A DNA stretch of 64,000 bases, from NCBI GenBank assembly GCA_016183365.1, contig JACPES010000003.1, positions 269,051 through 333,050 of the forward strand. Reading direction: 5' to 3'. Below the pieces are notes generated by a model. That model was not told the origin of the DNA. It saw nothing but the letters and a program-made list of their open reading frames with translations, and ran no database searches. Below are positions 28,820 through 38,837 of this stretch, in pieces. The translations under genes were made by a program, and so were the position numbers. Origin of the DNA: Candidatus Collierbacteria bacterium. GTDB lineage: Bacteria > Patescibacteriota > Microgenomatia > UBA1400 > JACPES01. Each line of letters begins with the position of its first letter. Within the stretch, counting starts at the first letter, position 1.

Positions 28820-30361
28820 ATGTGGAAACGCCGCGCCCTAGCCATTACCGCCTTAACAATTTTATATCTCTCTTCAAGATTAATTAATTTAACCCTAATC
28901 CCGATTTTTACGGATGAAGCTATTTACATTCGTTGGGGCCAGATCGCTCTTCAGGATCCGGTTCACCGGTTTATTTCCTTGGAAGACGGCAAACAGCCTT
29001 TGTTTATTTGGTTGATGTTGCCGATGTTAAAGTGGGTTTCGGATCCGTTAATTGCAGGCAGATTGGTGTCCGTGTTCTCCGGAGCGATAACTCTAGCGGG
29101 ATTGATGGCGTTGTCATGGAAATTATTCGGGGAGAGAACCGGCTGGATAGCCGGATTGACGTACATCATTTCTCCATTCTTTCTATTGTATGATCGGCTG
29201 GCGCTCTACGATTCTCTGACAACAGTGCTGATGATTTGGGCCCTTTTCTTATCTGTCCTGTTGGCAGAGACATTGCGAATTGATGTTGCTTTGCTTTTAG
29301 GCATGACTGTCGGAGCGGGATTTCTGACGAAATCATCTGCGCAGTTTGCGCTGATTCTTCTGCCAACGACGTTTTTATTGTTTGATTGGAAGGAGCGAGG
29401 GAAAGGGAAAAGATTATTGAAATTGGCAGGATTAGGGATTATTGTCGTCTTGTTGTCCAAAGGTATCGAGTTAATACTTCGGCTGGCGCCTCTTTCGCAC
29501 ATGATTGCCTTAAAGGATCACACATTTATTGTGACGACTCAAGAATTCATTGCGCATCCATTTGAAAGATTGCTTGGAAATATGGGTGGACTGTGGAATT
29601 GGATGCAAGCGTATGCGACGTATCCCTTGTTGGCGCTTTTTGCCGTTGGAATGGCGTACGGCTTGAAAAAATACAAGAGAAGAACGACGTTCTTGAGCTT
29701 GTGGTTTCTTGTTCCGTTTCTGGCTCTGGCGTCATTTGGCAAAGTATTGTATCCGCGATATTTGCTGTTTATGATAGCTCCGCTTCTTCCGATTATTGCT
29801 CTTGGAATTTCGGAGATAGTATCCCTTGTGCCCGAACTCCGTACCGACGCCCTTCGCGAACGCCCCCGCTCAGCGGGACGGCGAGAAGTAAATCCGGTAT
29901 GGGGCTTTATTATAACCTTCCTTTTAATTTCTTATCCGATTTGGTTCTCCTATAAAATTATTTTTGATCCACTATCCGCTCCGTTACCGAAAGTCGACAG
30001 GTTCCAATTTTTTGACGATTGGCCTTCCGGATATGGCATAAACGAGGTAATTGGTTTTATAAAAGTTAGGGCTGAAACCCAAAAAATTTTTGTCGGCACC
30101 GAAGGCACATTTGGCCTGACGCCGGCAGCCTTGAATATTTATCTGAAAGATAATCCGAACGTTGAAGTCAAAGGATATTGGCCGATATCTGACGGGATAA
30201 AAGAATTGACAGAAATCGCGCTTACCGGAAAACCGACTTATGTCTTATTCAAAGATACCCAAAAGCCAAATCCCGAATGGCCGCTGGAATTTATAGTGAA
30301 ATATCAAAAAGGCAGAGGAGAAGTCTACATGTCTTTATATCATATTAATTCTAAAAAGTGA
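28820..30361 (+). CDS. GT-C superfamily glycosyltransferase (ArnT/PMT family)
   Basis: IPIFTDEAIYIRWGQ… in the first loop. Polytopic N-terminal half plus soluble C-terminal domain. In-frame GC-rich insertion at 29828..29889. Confidence 0.6.
   Translation: MWKRRALAITALTILYLSSRLINLTLIPIFTDEAIYIRWGQIALQDPVHRFISLEDGKQPLFIWLMLPMLKWVSDPLIAGRLVSVFSGAITLAGLMALSWKLFGERTGWIAGLTYIISPFFLLYDRLALYDSLTTVLMIWALFLSVLLAETLRIDVALLLGMTVGAGFLTKSSAQFALILLPTTFLLFDWKERGKGKRLLKLAGLGIIVVLLSKGIELILRLAPLSHMIALKDHTFIVTTQEFIAHPFERLLGNMGGLWNWMQAYATYPLLALFAVGMAYGLKKYKRRTTFLSLWFLVPFLALASFGKVLYPRYLLFMIAPLLPIIALGISEIVSLVPELRTDALRERPRSAGRREVNPVWGFIITFLLISYPIWFSYKIIFDPLSAPLPKVDRFQFFDDWPSGYGINEVIGFIKVRAETQKIFVGTEGTFGLTPAALNIYLKDNPNVEVKGYWPISDGIKELTEIALTGKPTYVLFKDTQKPNPEWPLEFIVKYQKGRGEVYMSLYHINSKK
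29828..29889. repeat. GC-rich in-frame insertion with CCGTACCG and CCCGCTCAGCGGGACG modules
   Basis: Shares modules with the 32749 element (CCGTACCG; CCCGCTCCGCGGGACG). Encodes VPELRTDALRERPRSAGRRE. Confidence 0.5.
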
Positions 30362-31644
30362 AGTACCTGGTTGCGGTTTTATTTATACTAGCTGTTGTCA
30401 GAAGTTTTTATCATTTACCCCACTCCAGTTTTGACGCCGACGAAGAGTACTTTGCCAAATCCGGAAAATCAATTCTGTCGGGAAACTTGACTTTAATCGG
30501 TCAGGAAACCGGAGTGGGTGCCCTCTATCACGCGCCTTTGTTCAATTACTTGATTGCTTTTTTTCTTTGGATTTTTCATGGAAATCCCTTGGTGGTCAAG
30601 GGGCTGGGGGCGGCATTCGCCGCCATTACCGTCCCGGCATTTTTCTTGATCGGAAGAAAGCTGACGTCCACCACGGCGGCCTTCTTTTCCTCGCTCCTGG
30701 TTTTATTTAGCGATAGCTTTTTGGGGTTGGAATCGTTTGCTCCGAATATTACTCCTCTGACTCTTCTGGTATTATTTTTTTTGTTAGCGGCGGCACATAA
30801 TTGTAAAAGCAAGTTCAAATCAATGATTCTTGGAGCCTTGGTCGGTTTATCTGCTCACTTCCATATCGTGGGTATGATGTTAATTCCATCATTGGTGATT
30901 ATCAATTGGAGATGGTTGCCCGTATTCCTGTTGTTTGTTTCACCGCTAATATTTTTCGATTTCCGTCATAATCATCTAATTACGAATAACGCTTTGTCGT
31001 TTTTTGCCAATCCCGGCATCGGGACCCCTCTTATCTTCCGGTTGAACACATATTTTCTTTCTCTTGCCGACCACATCAACCTCGGGGTGAGCGCCGGAAT
31101 TTTCATTCCGGTGGCGATACTAGCGCTAATTTGGGGATTATTTACTCCAAGAATTACCCGGATGATTAAAATAGTATTGTTACTTCCTCTGTTTTTCTTC
31201 CTTCTATACTCCAAGCATCTGGTGCCGTATTACGCGATCGTTTCCTGGACGCCATTCATTCTGATATTTGGTGTGGCGCTAGAAATGATCTGGGAAAAAA
31301 GATCAATCGGAAAAATGGTTGTTTTGGCATACCTGGGCCTATTTATCTATGGAAATACTATCAGTCTATTCCGGTGGACGGCGGTCAGAGGGATTAATAA
31401 TAAAATCGCCGCCTTGGAGTACATTAAGAAAGAGTCAGGGAGTCGTCCGATTTATATTTCCAGAACCATGGAGAGGGCAACCAACTTTGGTTTTGATTAT
31501 CTGATGGATTATGTCGCTTTGGTGTCAACCGGAAATCCCAATGACCCTACTTATACGCTGGTAGTCCCGGCAGATTGGCAGGGAATTAAACCGGACAAAC
31601 AATTTGGCGATATCGGAATAGTATTGCCGCATGAAGGAAAATAG
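30358..31644 (+). CDS. GT-C-like polytopic membrane protein
   Basis: GTG start at 30358. SFDADEEYFAKSG acidic first-loop motif. About 11 TM helices. Confidence 0.5.
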   Translation: MKYLVAVLFILAVVRSFYHLPHSSFDADEEYFAKSGKSILSGNLTLIGQETGVGALYHAPLFNYLIAFFLWIFHGNPLVVKGLGAAFAAITVPAFFLIGRKLTSTTAAFFSSLLVLFSDSFLGLESFAPNITPLTLLVLFFLLAAAHNCKSKFKSMILGALVGLSAHFHIVGMMLIPSLVIINWRWLPVFLLFVSPLIFFDFRHNHLITNNALSFFANPGIGTPLIFRLNTYFLSLADHINLGVSAGIFIPVAILALIWGLFTPRITRMIKIVLLLPLFFFLLYSKHLVPYYAIVSWTPFILIFGVALEMIWEKRSIGKMVVLAYLGLFIYGNTISLFRWTAVRGINNKIAALEYIKKESGSRPIYISRTMERATNFGFDYLMDYVALVSTGNPNDPTYTLVVPADWQGIKPDKQFGDIGIVLPHEGK

Positions 31645-31746
31645 AAATACATTAATCATCTGGATATTCCGGGGGAATCCTCTGGTTGTCAATAGATTAA
31701 ATGTCGACTTCGGTCTGGTGGCAACGGAGCCGAAAACAATCAAACA

Positions 31747-33315
31747 ATGAACGATAAGCAAAAAGATAAAATTATGCTGCCTTTTATAATTTTTATCTCC
31801 GTTATTCTTTTTTTCTATCGGCTCGGGGAGACTGCTTTAACCAATTGGGACGAGGCTTGGTTTGGATCTGTGGCCCAAGACATGGTTTCTTCCGGTAATC
31901 TTTTGACAGGGAAATGGAATGGGCAAACATTTTTTTATGAACCCCCGCTTTTGGTTTGGTTGTTGTCTTTGTCGATTAAAGTTTTCGGCGAGAGCGAATT
32001 TTGGCTGCGGTCGGTCAGCGCTATAGCCGGACTTTTTACGGTTGTCGGTTGTTATTTTTTGACATTTCGAATCACAAAATCAAGACCGGCCGGAATTTTG
32101 TCAGGGCTGATAATTTTGTCTGATATCGAGTTTCTGTTCCGCAGCCGCCAAGTCAACGTCGAAATCCTTCTGACAGTTTTATTGTTGTGGTCGATGATTT
32201 TTATCTCTAAAGCTTATGAAAGCAATCGGCGACGGTGGATATTTTTTTCCGCTATTTGTTTAGGTTTGGCCTTTTTAACTAAACGAGCCAGTCCGGTTTT
32301 AGCTCTGCCGGCAGTCGGTTATCTTTTGTTAAAAACAACCTTCCGTGAACATCCTGTTCCTTTGTTTATATTCTTTATAACTTTTATAACCGTCACTTTA
32401 CCCTGGTATTTGCTTAGTTATTTTAAATGGGGGGACCAATTTATTAATGAGTTTTTTATCGGATATACTCTCAATAAAATTAAATCAGTCAACGTCAGTA
32501 TCGGAACTTCACCATTTTTTTACTTAAATTCTATTAAGCATGCCTTTAAATTCTGGTCTCTTTTAATTCCGCTTGCGGCCGTTTGGGCAGCGGTAACAGC
32601 TTTCCGTGACCGGAAAATTGCGGGAATAATGATTTTCATTTTGACTTTTCTATTTTTTCTGACCTTAGCGCCAATCAAATCTTCGTGGTTTTTCTTACCT
32701 CCTCATCCATTCTTGGCTATTTTGATAGGATTATTTATTTCAAGAATTGTGAAGTTTATCCTGCGAAGCCCCGTACCGTCTGGTACAGGGCGAAGCAGGA
32801 TCCCGCTCCGCGGGACGAAACTTCACAATCAAATAATTGTCATTTCAGACGCAGCAAAGCGAAGATCCGGAATTTATGCGGATATTCTATATAGCTTTCA
32901 ACTCGCCTCGCGACGAAGCGGGTTCAGGGTTGGGGTGATATTAGTTGTAATAATCTCTTTGGCGGGATGGCAACTTTATCGTTACCGTCACGATTACATA
33001 GTTCCCGACACCACCGGAAACCAAGCGATGATTTCCAGTTTGGCCGGGGCATTATCTAACAAAGGCGAACCGATTTATTTGGATGACGAATATCTGCCGG
33101 TGGCGGTTTTTTACAGCCATAAAAAAATTATTCCTTTAAGATTTAGCCGGACGGTTAATCGCGTCCCGAGCCAAACTTCTATTCCTGATAACAGTCTGAT
33201 TTTAACCAATCCGGAAACATTTCCCGCTTTAAAATCCGCTACCGGAATTTTGTTTGAGGAGCTTTTTTCCGTTAGGGATTTGATTTTGGTTAGAGCTAAA
33301 GGATTTAAGGTTTAA
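31747..33315 (+). CDS. GT-C superfamily glycosyltransferase (ArnT / PMT family, GT83/GT39-like)
   Basis: LTNWDEAWFGSVAQDMVSSGNLLTGKWNGQTFFYEPPLLVWL, a textbook ArnT/PMT N-terminal signature. Carries a roughly 190-bp in-frame GC-rich insertion (32749..32935). Confidence 0.7.
   Translation: MNDKQKDKIMLPFIIFISVILFFYRLGETALTNWDEAWFGSVAQDMVSSGNLLTGKWNGQTFFYEPPLLVWLLSLSIKVFGESEFWLRSVSAIAGLFTVVGCYFLTFRITKSRPAGILSGLIILSDIEFLFRSRQVNVEILLTVLLLWSMIFISKAYESNRRRWIFFSAICLGLAFLTKRASPVLALPAVGYLLLKTTFREHPVPLFIFFITFITVTLPWYLLSYFKWGDQFINEFFIGYTLNKIKSVNVSIGTSPFFYLNSIKHAFKFWSLLIPLAAVWAAVTAFRDRKIAGIMIFILTFLFFLTLAPIKSSWFFLPPHPFLAILIGLFISRIVKFILRSPVPSGTGRSRIPLRGTKLHNQIIVISDAAKRRSGIYADILYSFQLASRRSGFRVGVILVVIISLAGWQLYRYRHDYIVPDTTGNQAMISSLAGALSNKGEPIYLDDEYLPVAVFYSHKKIIPLRFSRTVNRVPSQTSIPDNSLILTNPETFPALKSATGILFEELFSVRDLILVRAKGFKV
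32749..32935. repeat. Composite GC-rich repeat insertion in frame in the ArnT-like gene
   Basis: Three parts: a GTGAAGTTT…AAACTTCAC hairpin element (32749..32826), a GTCATTTCAGACGC…CCGGAAT element (32839..32873) and a GC-rich tail. Encodes …KFILRSPVPSGTGRSRIPLRGTKLHNQIIVISDAAKRRSG…LASRRSGFRVG…. Confidence 0.6.
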
Positions 33316-34476
33316 AATCAGGAAAATCAATCCACTGGTTAAAAAATGGCTGGATAAAAACGGATTTAATTGCAGAGGGAGATAAGGATCTTTGATATAA
33401 AAAATCAGTAAGAAATAGGTTAGGCCGACTATTGCCAGGTCTTTGAATTTTTTAGTTTGAATAAATTTTGCGATTAGAACTATCCAAACGGGAATTAAAA
33501 TAGTGTAATGATGCTGCCACACAAAAACCGGCAAAAATAGCAAAACTATTATTGTTAAATGCCAAAAATCAATAAAGTCATTCCTAGTTGTTCCGGTTTT
33601 TATAATTTTTATAATTCTTATAGCTCTTACTCCTAAAATAAAACTAATCCCTAACCTAATCGCCGAATTTAAATTTCCGAAAACCCCAAATCTCGCTATC
33701 AACGCCGTTATCGACTGATTCATGTAGGAAGCGTTAACAGTTTCTTTGGTTACTTCACCCATCAGACCGGGAACAACCGACACAAAATAATATTTTGTCA
33801 AATCCCAACCGAAAACGAACCCTCCCATAACTGTTAGAAACGCAAAAGTGAAAACATACCAGTTAACCACTTTCCATTTTTTTCTAATCAAAAAATAAAT
33901 TAGTATCGGCGCCGGAGTCAACTTGAGAATAGTTGCCAAACCAAATAAAATTCCAGAAACAGTATCTTTTTTCCTGATTGTGACAAAATAATAACTGCCG
34001 ACAATCAATGCCAAAACGATCAAATTAATCTGCCCAAGCGCTAAAGTTAATTTTACCGGAAACATTTTTAAACACAGCGTAAAAATCAGCCATTTAATAA
34101 CCAATGATCCACGAGATCCCTCGACTACGCTACGTTCCGCTTGGGATGACGGGGAGGAACGATCAAAGTTGAGAATCCGTAAAGTCATGGATACCGTCAA
34201 CCAAAGACTTACTACTGACAAAACTGTAAATAACCATTCTGATAATTCTGTCGGTGCTGCCGCCAATGGAAGAAAAAAAAGGGTAGTGGCCGGCGAATAG
34301 TTATACCGGTCAAAAAATTTCAGCTTATAAGGATTTTCTCCATTCAAAGTCGCTTTTGTACCATCAATATAGACGCTAAAATCATTAAGAGGAAAGTTTT
34401 TTACCAAATTTGCCAACGGCACTACCTGACGGTATAAAATTATTGCTACAATCAAGAGTATTATTCTTTTAGCCAT
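33229..34476 (-). CDS. Polytopic membrane protein, GT87/DUF2029-like (putative mannosyltransferase)
   Basis: DFSVYIDGTKATLNGENPY, resembling the GT87 DFxxYYxAAxxxxxGxNPY motif. Start trimmed to the ATG at 34474-34476, which shares a CATG with the divergent 34475 gene. The 3' end overlaps the convergent 31747 gene. Confidence 0.45.
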   Translation of the reverse strand: MAKRIILLIVAIILYRQVVPLANLVKNFPLNDFSVYIDGTKATLNGENPYKLKFFDRYNYSPATTLFFLPLAAAPTELSEWLFTVLSVVSLWLTVSMTLRILNFDRSSPSSQAERSVVEGSRGSLVIKWLIFTLCLKMFPVKLTLALGQINLIVLALIVGSYYFVTIRKKDTVSGILFGLATILKLTPAPILIYFLIRKKWKVVNWYVFTFAFLTVMGGFVFGWDLTKYYFVSVVPGLMGEVTKETVNASYMNQSITALIARFGVFGNLNSAIRLGISFILGVRAIRIIKIIKTGTTRNDFIDFWHLTIIVLLFLPVFVWQHHYTILIPVWIVLIAKFIQTKKFKDLAIVGLTYFLLIFYIKDPYLPLQLNPFLSSHFLTSGLIFLILNLKSFSSNQNQIPNGKKLLKQNSGSGF

Positions 34477-36766
34477 GAAATCTTTCAACCATTTAACCAT
34501 TCTAACCATTTTAACTTTTGTAGTCACCACAATATTTTACTTCAAGCCCATCTGGAAAAATAAGTTGATTCCTTTTCCAGGCCGCCTGCTGGTATCTTAT
34601 TTTAGCCCCTGGAAAGAAGAATCATGGCCCGAGTTTCCGACCGGAGTTCCGCGTAAAGGTCTATTGGGTTTTGATACCGCCAGAATGATGGGTTCCTGGC
34701 GCAGTTTTATTACAAACGAACTTAAACAAGGCAGATTGCCGACCTGGAACCCGCATCAGTTCGCCGGCGCCCCGCTTTTAGCCAATTTCCAATCGGCCAC
34801 TTTCTTTCCTCCCAATCTAATTTATCTCCTGCTTCCTTTTTCAATCGCCTGGACAATTTTAGTCATTTTTCAACCCTTGTTAGCAAGTTTTGGGATGTAT
34901 TTATTGCTTAAATCACAGTTTAAAGACAAAAACCTAATAACTAACAACCAAATACTAATAACTATTCTTCCTTCTCTCGCCTACGGTTTTTCCGCCTGGA
35001 TGTCTGTTTGGATAGAATGGAATATTCACGGTTTTGTTTACGCCCTGCTTCCATTTGTGCTCCTTTTTATCCATAAGAGAAAAGCCATTTTAATCATTTT
35101 AACCATTTCAGCCATTATTTTTGCCGGTCATCCGCAAATGGCCTTTATTGCCCTGACGGCTGCCGCGCTCTTTGCCGCGGTCAATCACCGTCTTAAAAAA
35201 TTTCTGTTGTCAGCCGCGGTCGCCCTTCTAATTACTTCTGTCCAGTGGATTCCCGCTGTTCGTTACTACCAAGAGGCCAGCCGGGAACAATCCTCAAGCG
35301 AATTTACTTACGAAAAAACTCTCTTACCGTGGGGCCAAATCTCGCAATTAATAGTTCCTAATTATCTGGGAAATTCCGCCACCGGAAATTTCCGCGGCCA
35401 AGCAAATTTTGTAGAAACCACCGCTTATTCAGGAATAGCAATTTTGGGATTTGCGATTATGGGATTGTTGGCAAGAAACAAGAAACAAGAAGTAAAATTT
35501 GCCGTTTTTCTCCTTCTGACAATTTTCCTTTTTGTTCTCCCCAACCCATTTTCATTTCTTGTAGGCAAACTCAACATCCCGATTCTTTCCACCAGCGTCG
35601 CCAGTCGCTGGCTGATGCTTTTGCCTCTGGCGGTAACTTTGTTAGCTGCCGCCGGTATCGACCGATTTATTGAACTAACTACATCAAACCCTACTAAAAA
35701 GGCCAGGCCTTTTCCGGAAAGGCCTGGCCTTTTCTCTCCCGCCGTTTTTGTTTTTATCCTAATAGCTGGTCTGTGGATATACGCTTTGCTATCTCCTTCT
35801 GAACTCCGTTCGGTTTCCATCCGCAATCTGATGATACCCAGCGCCATCGCCGGCTTATTCCTATTAACATTGTCATTCCGGACTGCCGACCCGCCTGCAA
35901 GCGCCTGGAGCGCTAGCGACTGGCGGGCAGGTCGGCAGTCTGTAATGAAGATTTTATTGTTTTCTTTGGTTGTTTTGTCTATCGGTGAGCTTATTTTATT
36001 CGGTTGGAAAACAATGCCGTACACTGAAAAAAATTTCGTTTATCCGGAGACTCCGGTGTTAGAAAAATTACAGGAGTTTTCCAAAGATGGTAGTAGATTT
36101 GCATCTACTGATGGCAGCGTAATCGAGTCAAATTTTGCCACTTATTATAAGTTATATGATTTATCAGGCTACGATGCTTTGTACCCGCGCAGAATCGGAG
36201 AATTGATTTGGGTAGCTCAAAATAAAGGGCAACCTGTAGCCGATTTTTCCCGGTCTACCGTGGTCACTCCCACCTCTCCTTCACTGACCAAAGATAATCT
36301 TTGGAACTTGGCCGGCGTCCGCTGGATCATCAATAAAGATGACCTGCTGTCAGAACATCCCGGCCAAAGATCTAATGATTTATCTCCCGACTTCAAACTT
36401 ATCTGGGAAGAAGGCAAGTGGCAAATCTACGAAAACCTTAACGCATTTCCTCGGGCTTTCTTTATTAAGAGTGGGGATTGGATTGGTGAGGGTGATGACG
36501 TGATTAGTAGCTCCTTAAATCTCTCAACCTCTTTAGTCTCCCTTATCACCCCGGCTAGAATTGTCTTCTATCAGCCGACAAAGGTGGCGATAGAGGTTAG
36601 CGCCCCAGCTGATGGTTATCTGGTATTAACCGATACTTTTTATCCCGGCTGGACGGCTACCGTTGATGGTCCTTTGGCGGAGATTGTTCCGGCGTTTCAT
36701 GCTTTTAGAGCCGTTCCGGTCTCTCAAGGAAATCATATTGTTAAGTTTAGTTACGGTTCTTTATAA
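34475..36766 (+). CDS. YfhO-like GT-C polytopic membrane protein (paralog of 56130 and 59927)
   Basis: Shared N-terminal pattern: …YFSPWKEE…GRLPTWNPHQFAGAPLLANFQSATFFPP…. Carries in-frame palindromes at 35697..35734 and 35872..35948 and a (CAAGAAA)3 repeat. Confidence 0.5.
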   Translation: MKSFNHLTILTILTFVVTTIFYFKPIWKNKLIPFPGRLLVSYFSPWKEESWPEFPTGVPRKGLLGFDTARMMGSWRSFITNELKQGRLPTWNPHQFAGAPLLANFQSATFFPPNLIYLLLPFSIAWTILVIFQPLLASFGMYLLLKSQFKDKNLITNNQILITILPSLAYGFSAWMSVWIEWNIHGFVYALLPFVLLFIHKRKAILIILTISAIIFAGHPQMAFIALTAAALFAAVNHRLKKFLLSAAVALLITSVQWIPAVRYYQEASREQSSSEFTYEKTLLPWGQISQLIVPNYLGNSATGNFRGQANFVETTAYSGIAILGFAIMGLLARNKKQEVKFAVFLLLTIFLFVLPNPFSFLVGKLNIPILSTSVASRWLMLLPLAVTLLAAAGIDRFIELTTSNPTKKARPFPERPGLFSPAVFVFILIAGLWIYALLSPSELRSVSIRNLMIPSAIAGLFLLTLSFRTADPPASAWSASDWRAGRQSVMKILLFSLVVLSIGELILFGWKTMPYTEKNFVYPETPVLEKLQEFSKDGSRFASTDGSVIESNFATYYKLYDLSGYDALYPRRIGELIWVAQNKGQPVADFSRSTVVTPTSPSLTKDNLWNLAGVRWIINKDDLLSEHPGQRSNDLSPDFKLIWEEGKWQIYENLNAFPRAFFIKSGDWIGEGDDVISSSLNLSTSLVSLITPARIVFYQPTKVAIEVSAPADGYLVLTDTFYPGWTATVDGPLAEIVPAFHAFRAVPVSQGNHIVKFSYGSL
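35697..35734. repeat. Near-perfect palindrome AAAAGGCCAGGCCTTTTCCGGAAAGGCCTGGCCTTTT, in frame in a CDS
   Basis: Member of the AAGGCCWGGCC family (see 52251, 52534, 57168). Encodes KKARPFPERPGLFS. Confidence 0.75.
35872..35948. repeat. GC-rich palindromic element GTCATTCCGGACTGCCGACCCGCC…GGCGGGCAGGTCGGCAGTC…TGTAATGA, in frame in a CDS
   Basis: Long imperfect stem. The 5' terminus is identical to the 22955 element. Encodes LSFRTADPPASAWSASDWRAGRQSVMK. Confidence 0.65.
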
Positions 36767-36773
36767 TTCTTTT

Positions 36774-37448
36774 ATGAAAATCTCAATTATTATCCCTGCT
36801 TTCAATGAAGGAAAAACTATTTCCAAAATAATTGAGTCTTTAAAAAAAGTTGATGGATTCCATAAAGAAATTATTGTGGTTGATGACGCGTCAACTGACG
36901 GAACATATAAAAAACTTCAAGATACTAAAGGAATAAAAGTTATCCGCCATCCAAAAAATTTAGGTAAAGGTTCGGCTATCAGAACCGGGATAAAGTCTTC
37001 CTCTGGCGATTATGTATTAGTCCAAGACGCCGATCTGGAGTACGATCCTCAAGACATACTGACCATGATAAAGCCTATTAACCAAGGGAAGGCGGAAGTC
37101 GTTTACGGGTCCAGATTTACCGGCTCGCGGCGCAATATGTTTTTTTGGCACTGGATGGGAAACCAGTTATTGACTCTGGTGACCAATATTCTCTATAACA
37201 CCACTCTTTCGGACATGGAAACTTGTTATAAATTAATTCCCTTGAAATTAATTAAATCGTTAAATTTGAGAGCTAAAAGGTTTGAATTTGAGCCGGAAGT
37301 GACCGTCAAGATTTTAAAAAGAGGCATCAGAATTTGGGAAGTCCCGATTTCCTATGCCGGCCGGGAATATCATGAGGGCAAGAAAATTACTTGGCGAGAT
37401 GGTATTCCGGCATTGTTTACATTACTAAAGTATCGTTTTGTGGATTGA
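36774..37448 (+). CDS. Family-2 glycosyltransferase (DPM-synthase-like)
   Basis: ATG at 36774. MKISIIIPAFNEGKTI…IVVDDASTDGT…VQDADLEYDP. Confidence 0.8.
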   Translation: MKISIIIPAFNEGKTISKIIESLKKVDGFHKEIIVVDDASTDGTYKKLQDTKGIKVIRHPKNLGKGSAIRTGIKSSSGDYVLVQDADLEYDPQDILTMIKPINQGKAEVVYGSRFTGSRRNMFFWHWMGNQLLTLVTNILYNTTLSDMETCYKLIPLKLIKSLNLRAKRFEFEPEVTVKILKRGIRIWEVPISYAGREYHEGKKITWRDGIPALFTLLKYRFVD

Positions 37449-37454
37449 AGGAAA

Positions 37455-38837
37455 ATGAACAAAAAACAAAAAACAAAAAACATCTTTGCTCTTTGCTCTT
37501 TGCTCTTTGCTCTTTTACCCCTATTCTGGAATCTCTTGCGTCCAGGTTTCTATTCTTCCGATGACGGCGAATGGATGGTAATTAGGTTAACCGCTTTTCA
37601 TGAATCTTTCCGCAAAGGGCAAATTCCGGTTAGGTGGTTGTCCAGATTAAATCATGAATATGGATATCCGGTAACTAATTTTCTTTATCCATTGCCATTT
37701 TATCTGGCTGAACCATTTTATGCGCTAACCAGGGATCCGGTTTTAGCCGTAAAAATAGTTATGGGATTGGCGATAGCCAGCATGGCTGTCGGATCATACG
37801 TTTTATTTAAAAAATGGGGAACAGCGGAGGGGATTATCGGTGCTTTAACATATTCTTATTCTCCATATGTAGTTTTTAATCTTTACCAGCGTGGTTCATT
37901 GGGAGAACTAGTGGCTATGGGAATAGTTCCATGGGTATTTTGGGCCATTTCTTCAAAAAAGCTGTTATTGTCATCGTTTTTTACCGCGGCATTAATAACA
38001 GCCCATAACGTGGTTGCCGCGCTTTTTTTGCCCCTAGTCGTGGTCTGTGTTTTGTGGAAATTTAAAACCAGAGCATGGTTTATGGTTCATGGTTTATGGT
38101 TTATGCTCGCTTTTGGCTTGAGCGCCTTCTTCTGGTTCCCGGCTTTGGCCGAGTACCGTTTTGTCCGGACATCTCAAATCGCGGTTTCGGATTTTAGTAA
38201 CGAATATCTTTCTTTACAAAATGCTTTTGAACGGACCGGACCAATCTCCGTTTTGACTAATTTTGGCTTGCCCTTGTTCTTTTTAACCGAAAATTCTAAA
38301 TGGTTTTGGAACTTATTCAAACCTTTGCAAATAATTCAGTTTCCCTGGAGATTATTAAATTTATTCTCTTTTATTTCTTCAGGAATTATTTCGTTTTTAA
38401 TTTTTAAATTAAAAAAATACCGCTTATTTCAATCTTTAATTATAATTTTTATAGCTGTTATAACATTTATTTCAGTTTTTCCCTTTCTGTCTCCAAAGTC
38501 TTTTACCAATTATCCTCCGAGCTATTATCAAACTAACGATGATAGTACCACGGTTAGAGCCGAATATACCCCGATCTGGGTAAATGATTGGCCTTTGGTT
38601 CGTCCGGAAACTCCCGTAAAACATTACTACCCCGGTCTAAAGTTGTTTGTGAACGGATCGGAAAAATTTGTTAATCCTGGTGAATATAACGGAGAGATAA
38701 GAAGTTCCGTTTTTGGCGAAGGCGGTAAGATCAAATTCATTTGGAGCGAGACGCCCTTGAGGGCAGCAACGGATTTAATATCAATTTTTAGTTTTTTGAT
38801 TATTTTATTTTTGTTTAAATATAGGTGGATAATATGA
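37455..38837 (+). CDS. Polytopic membrane protein (putative GT-C; paralog of 38834)
   Basis: The N-terminus is encoded by (AAAAAAC)3(TTTGCTC)4. GQIPVRWLSRLNHEYGYPVTNFLYPLPFY is conserved with the downstream paralog. Confidence 0.45.
   Translation: MNKKQKTKNIFALCSLLFALLPLFWNLLRPGFYSSDDGEWMVIRLTAFHESFRKGQIPVRWLSRLNHEYGYPVTNFLYPLPFYLAEPFYALTRDPVLAVKIVMGLAIASMAVGSYVLFKKWGTAEGIIGALTYSYSPYVVFNLYQRGSLGELVAMGIVPWVFWAISSKKLLLSSFFTAALITAHNVVAALFLPLVVVCVLWKFKTRAWFMVHGLWFMLAFGLSAFFWFPALAEYRFVRTSQIAVSDFSNEYLSLQNAFERTGPISVLTNFGLPLFFLTENSKWFWNLFKPLQIIQFPWRLLNLFSFISSGIISFLIFKLKKYRLFQSLIIIFIAVITFISVFPFLSPKSFTNYPPSYYQTNDDSTTVRAEYTPIWVNDWPLVRPETPVKHYYPGLKLFVNGSEKFVNPGEYNGEIRSSVFGEGGKIKFIWSETPLRAATDLISIFSFLIILFLFKYRWII

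Noticed and set aside
28933-29955. Cluster of small ORFs on both strands (28933..29193, 28963..29169, 29166..29366, 29206..29502, 29539..29742, 29547..29735, 29593..29955)
   Set aside because: All overlap the 28820..30361 GT-C gene, which has clear family signatures. The GC-rich repeat insertion at 29828..29889 inflates spurious ORFs locally.
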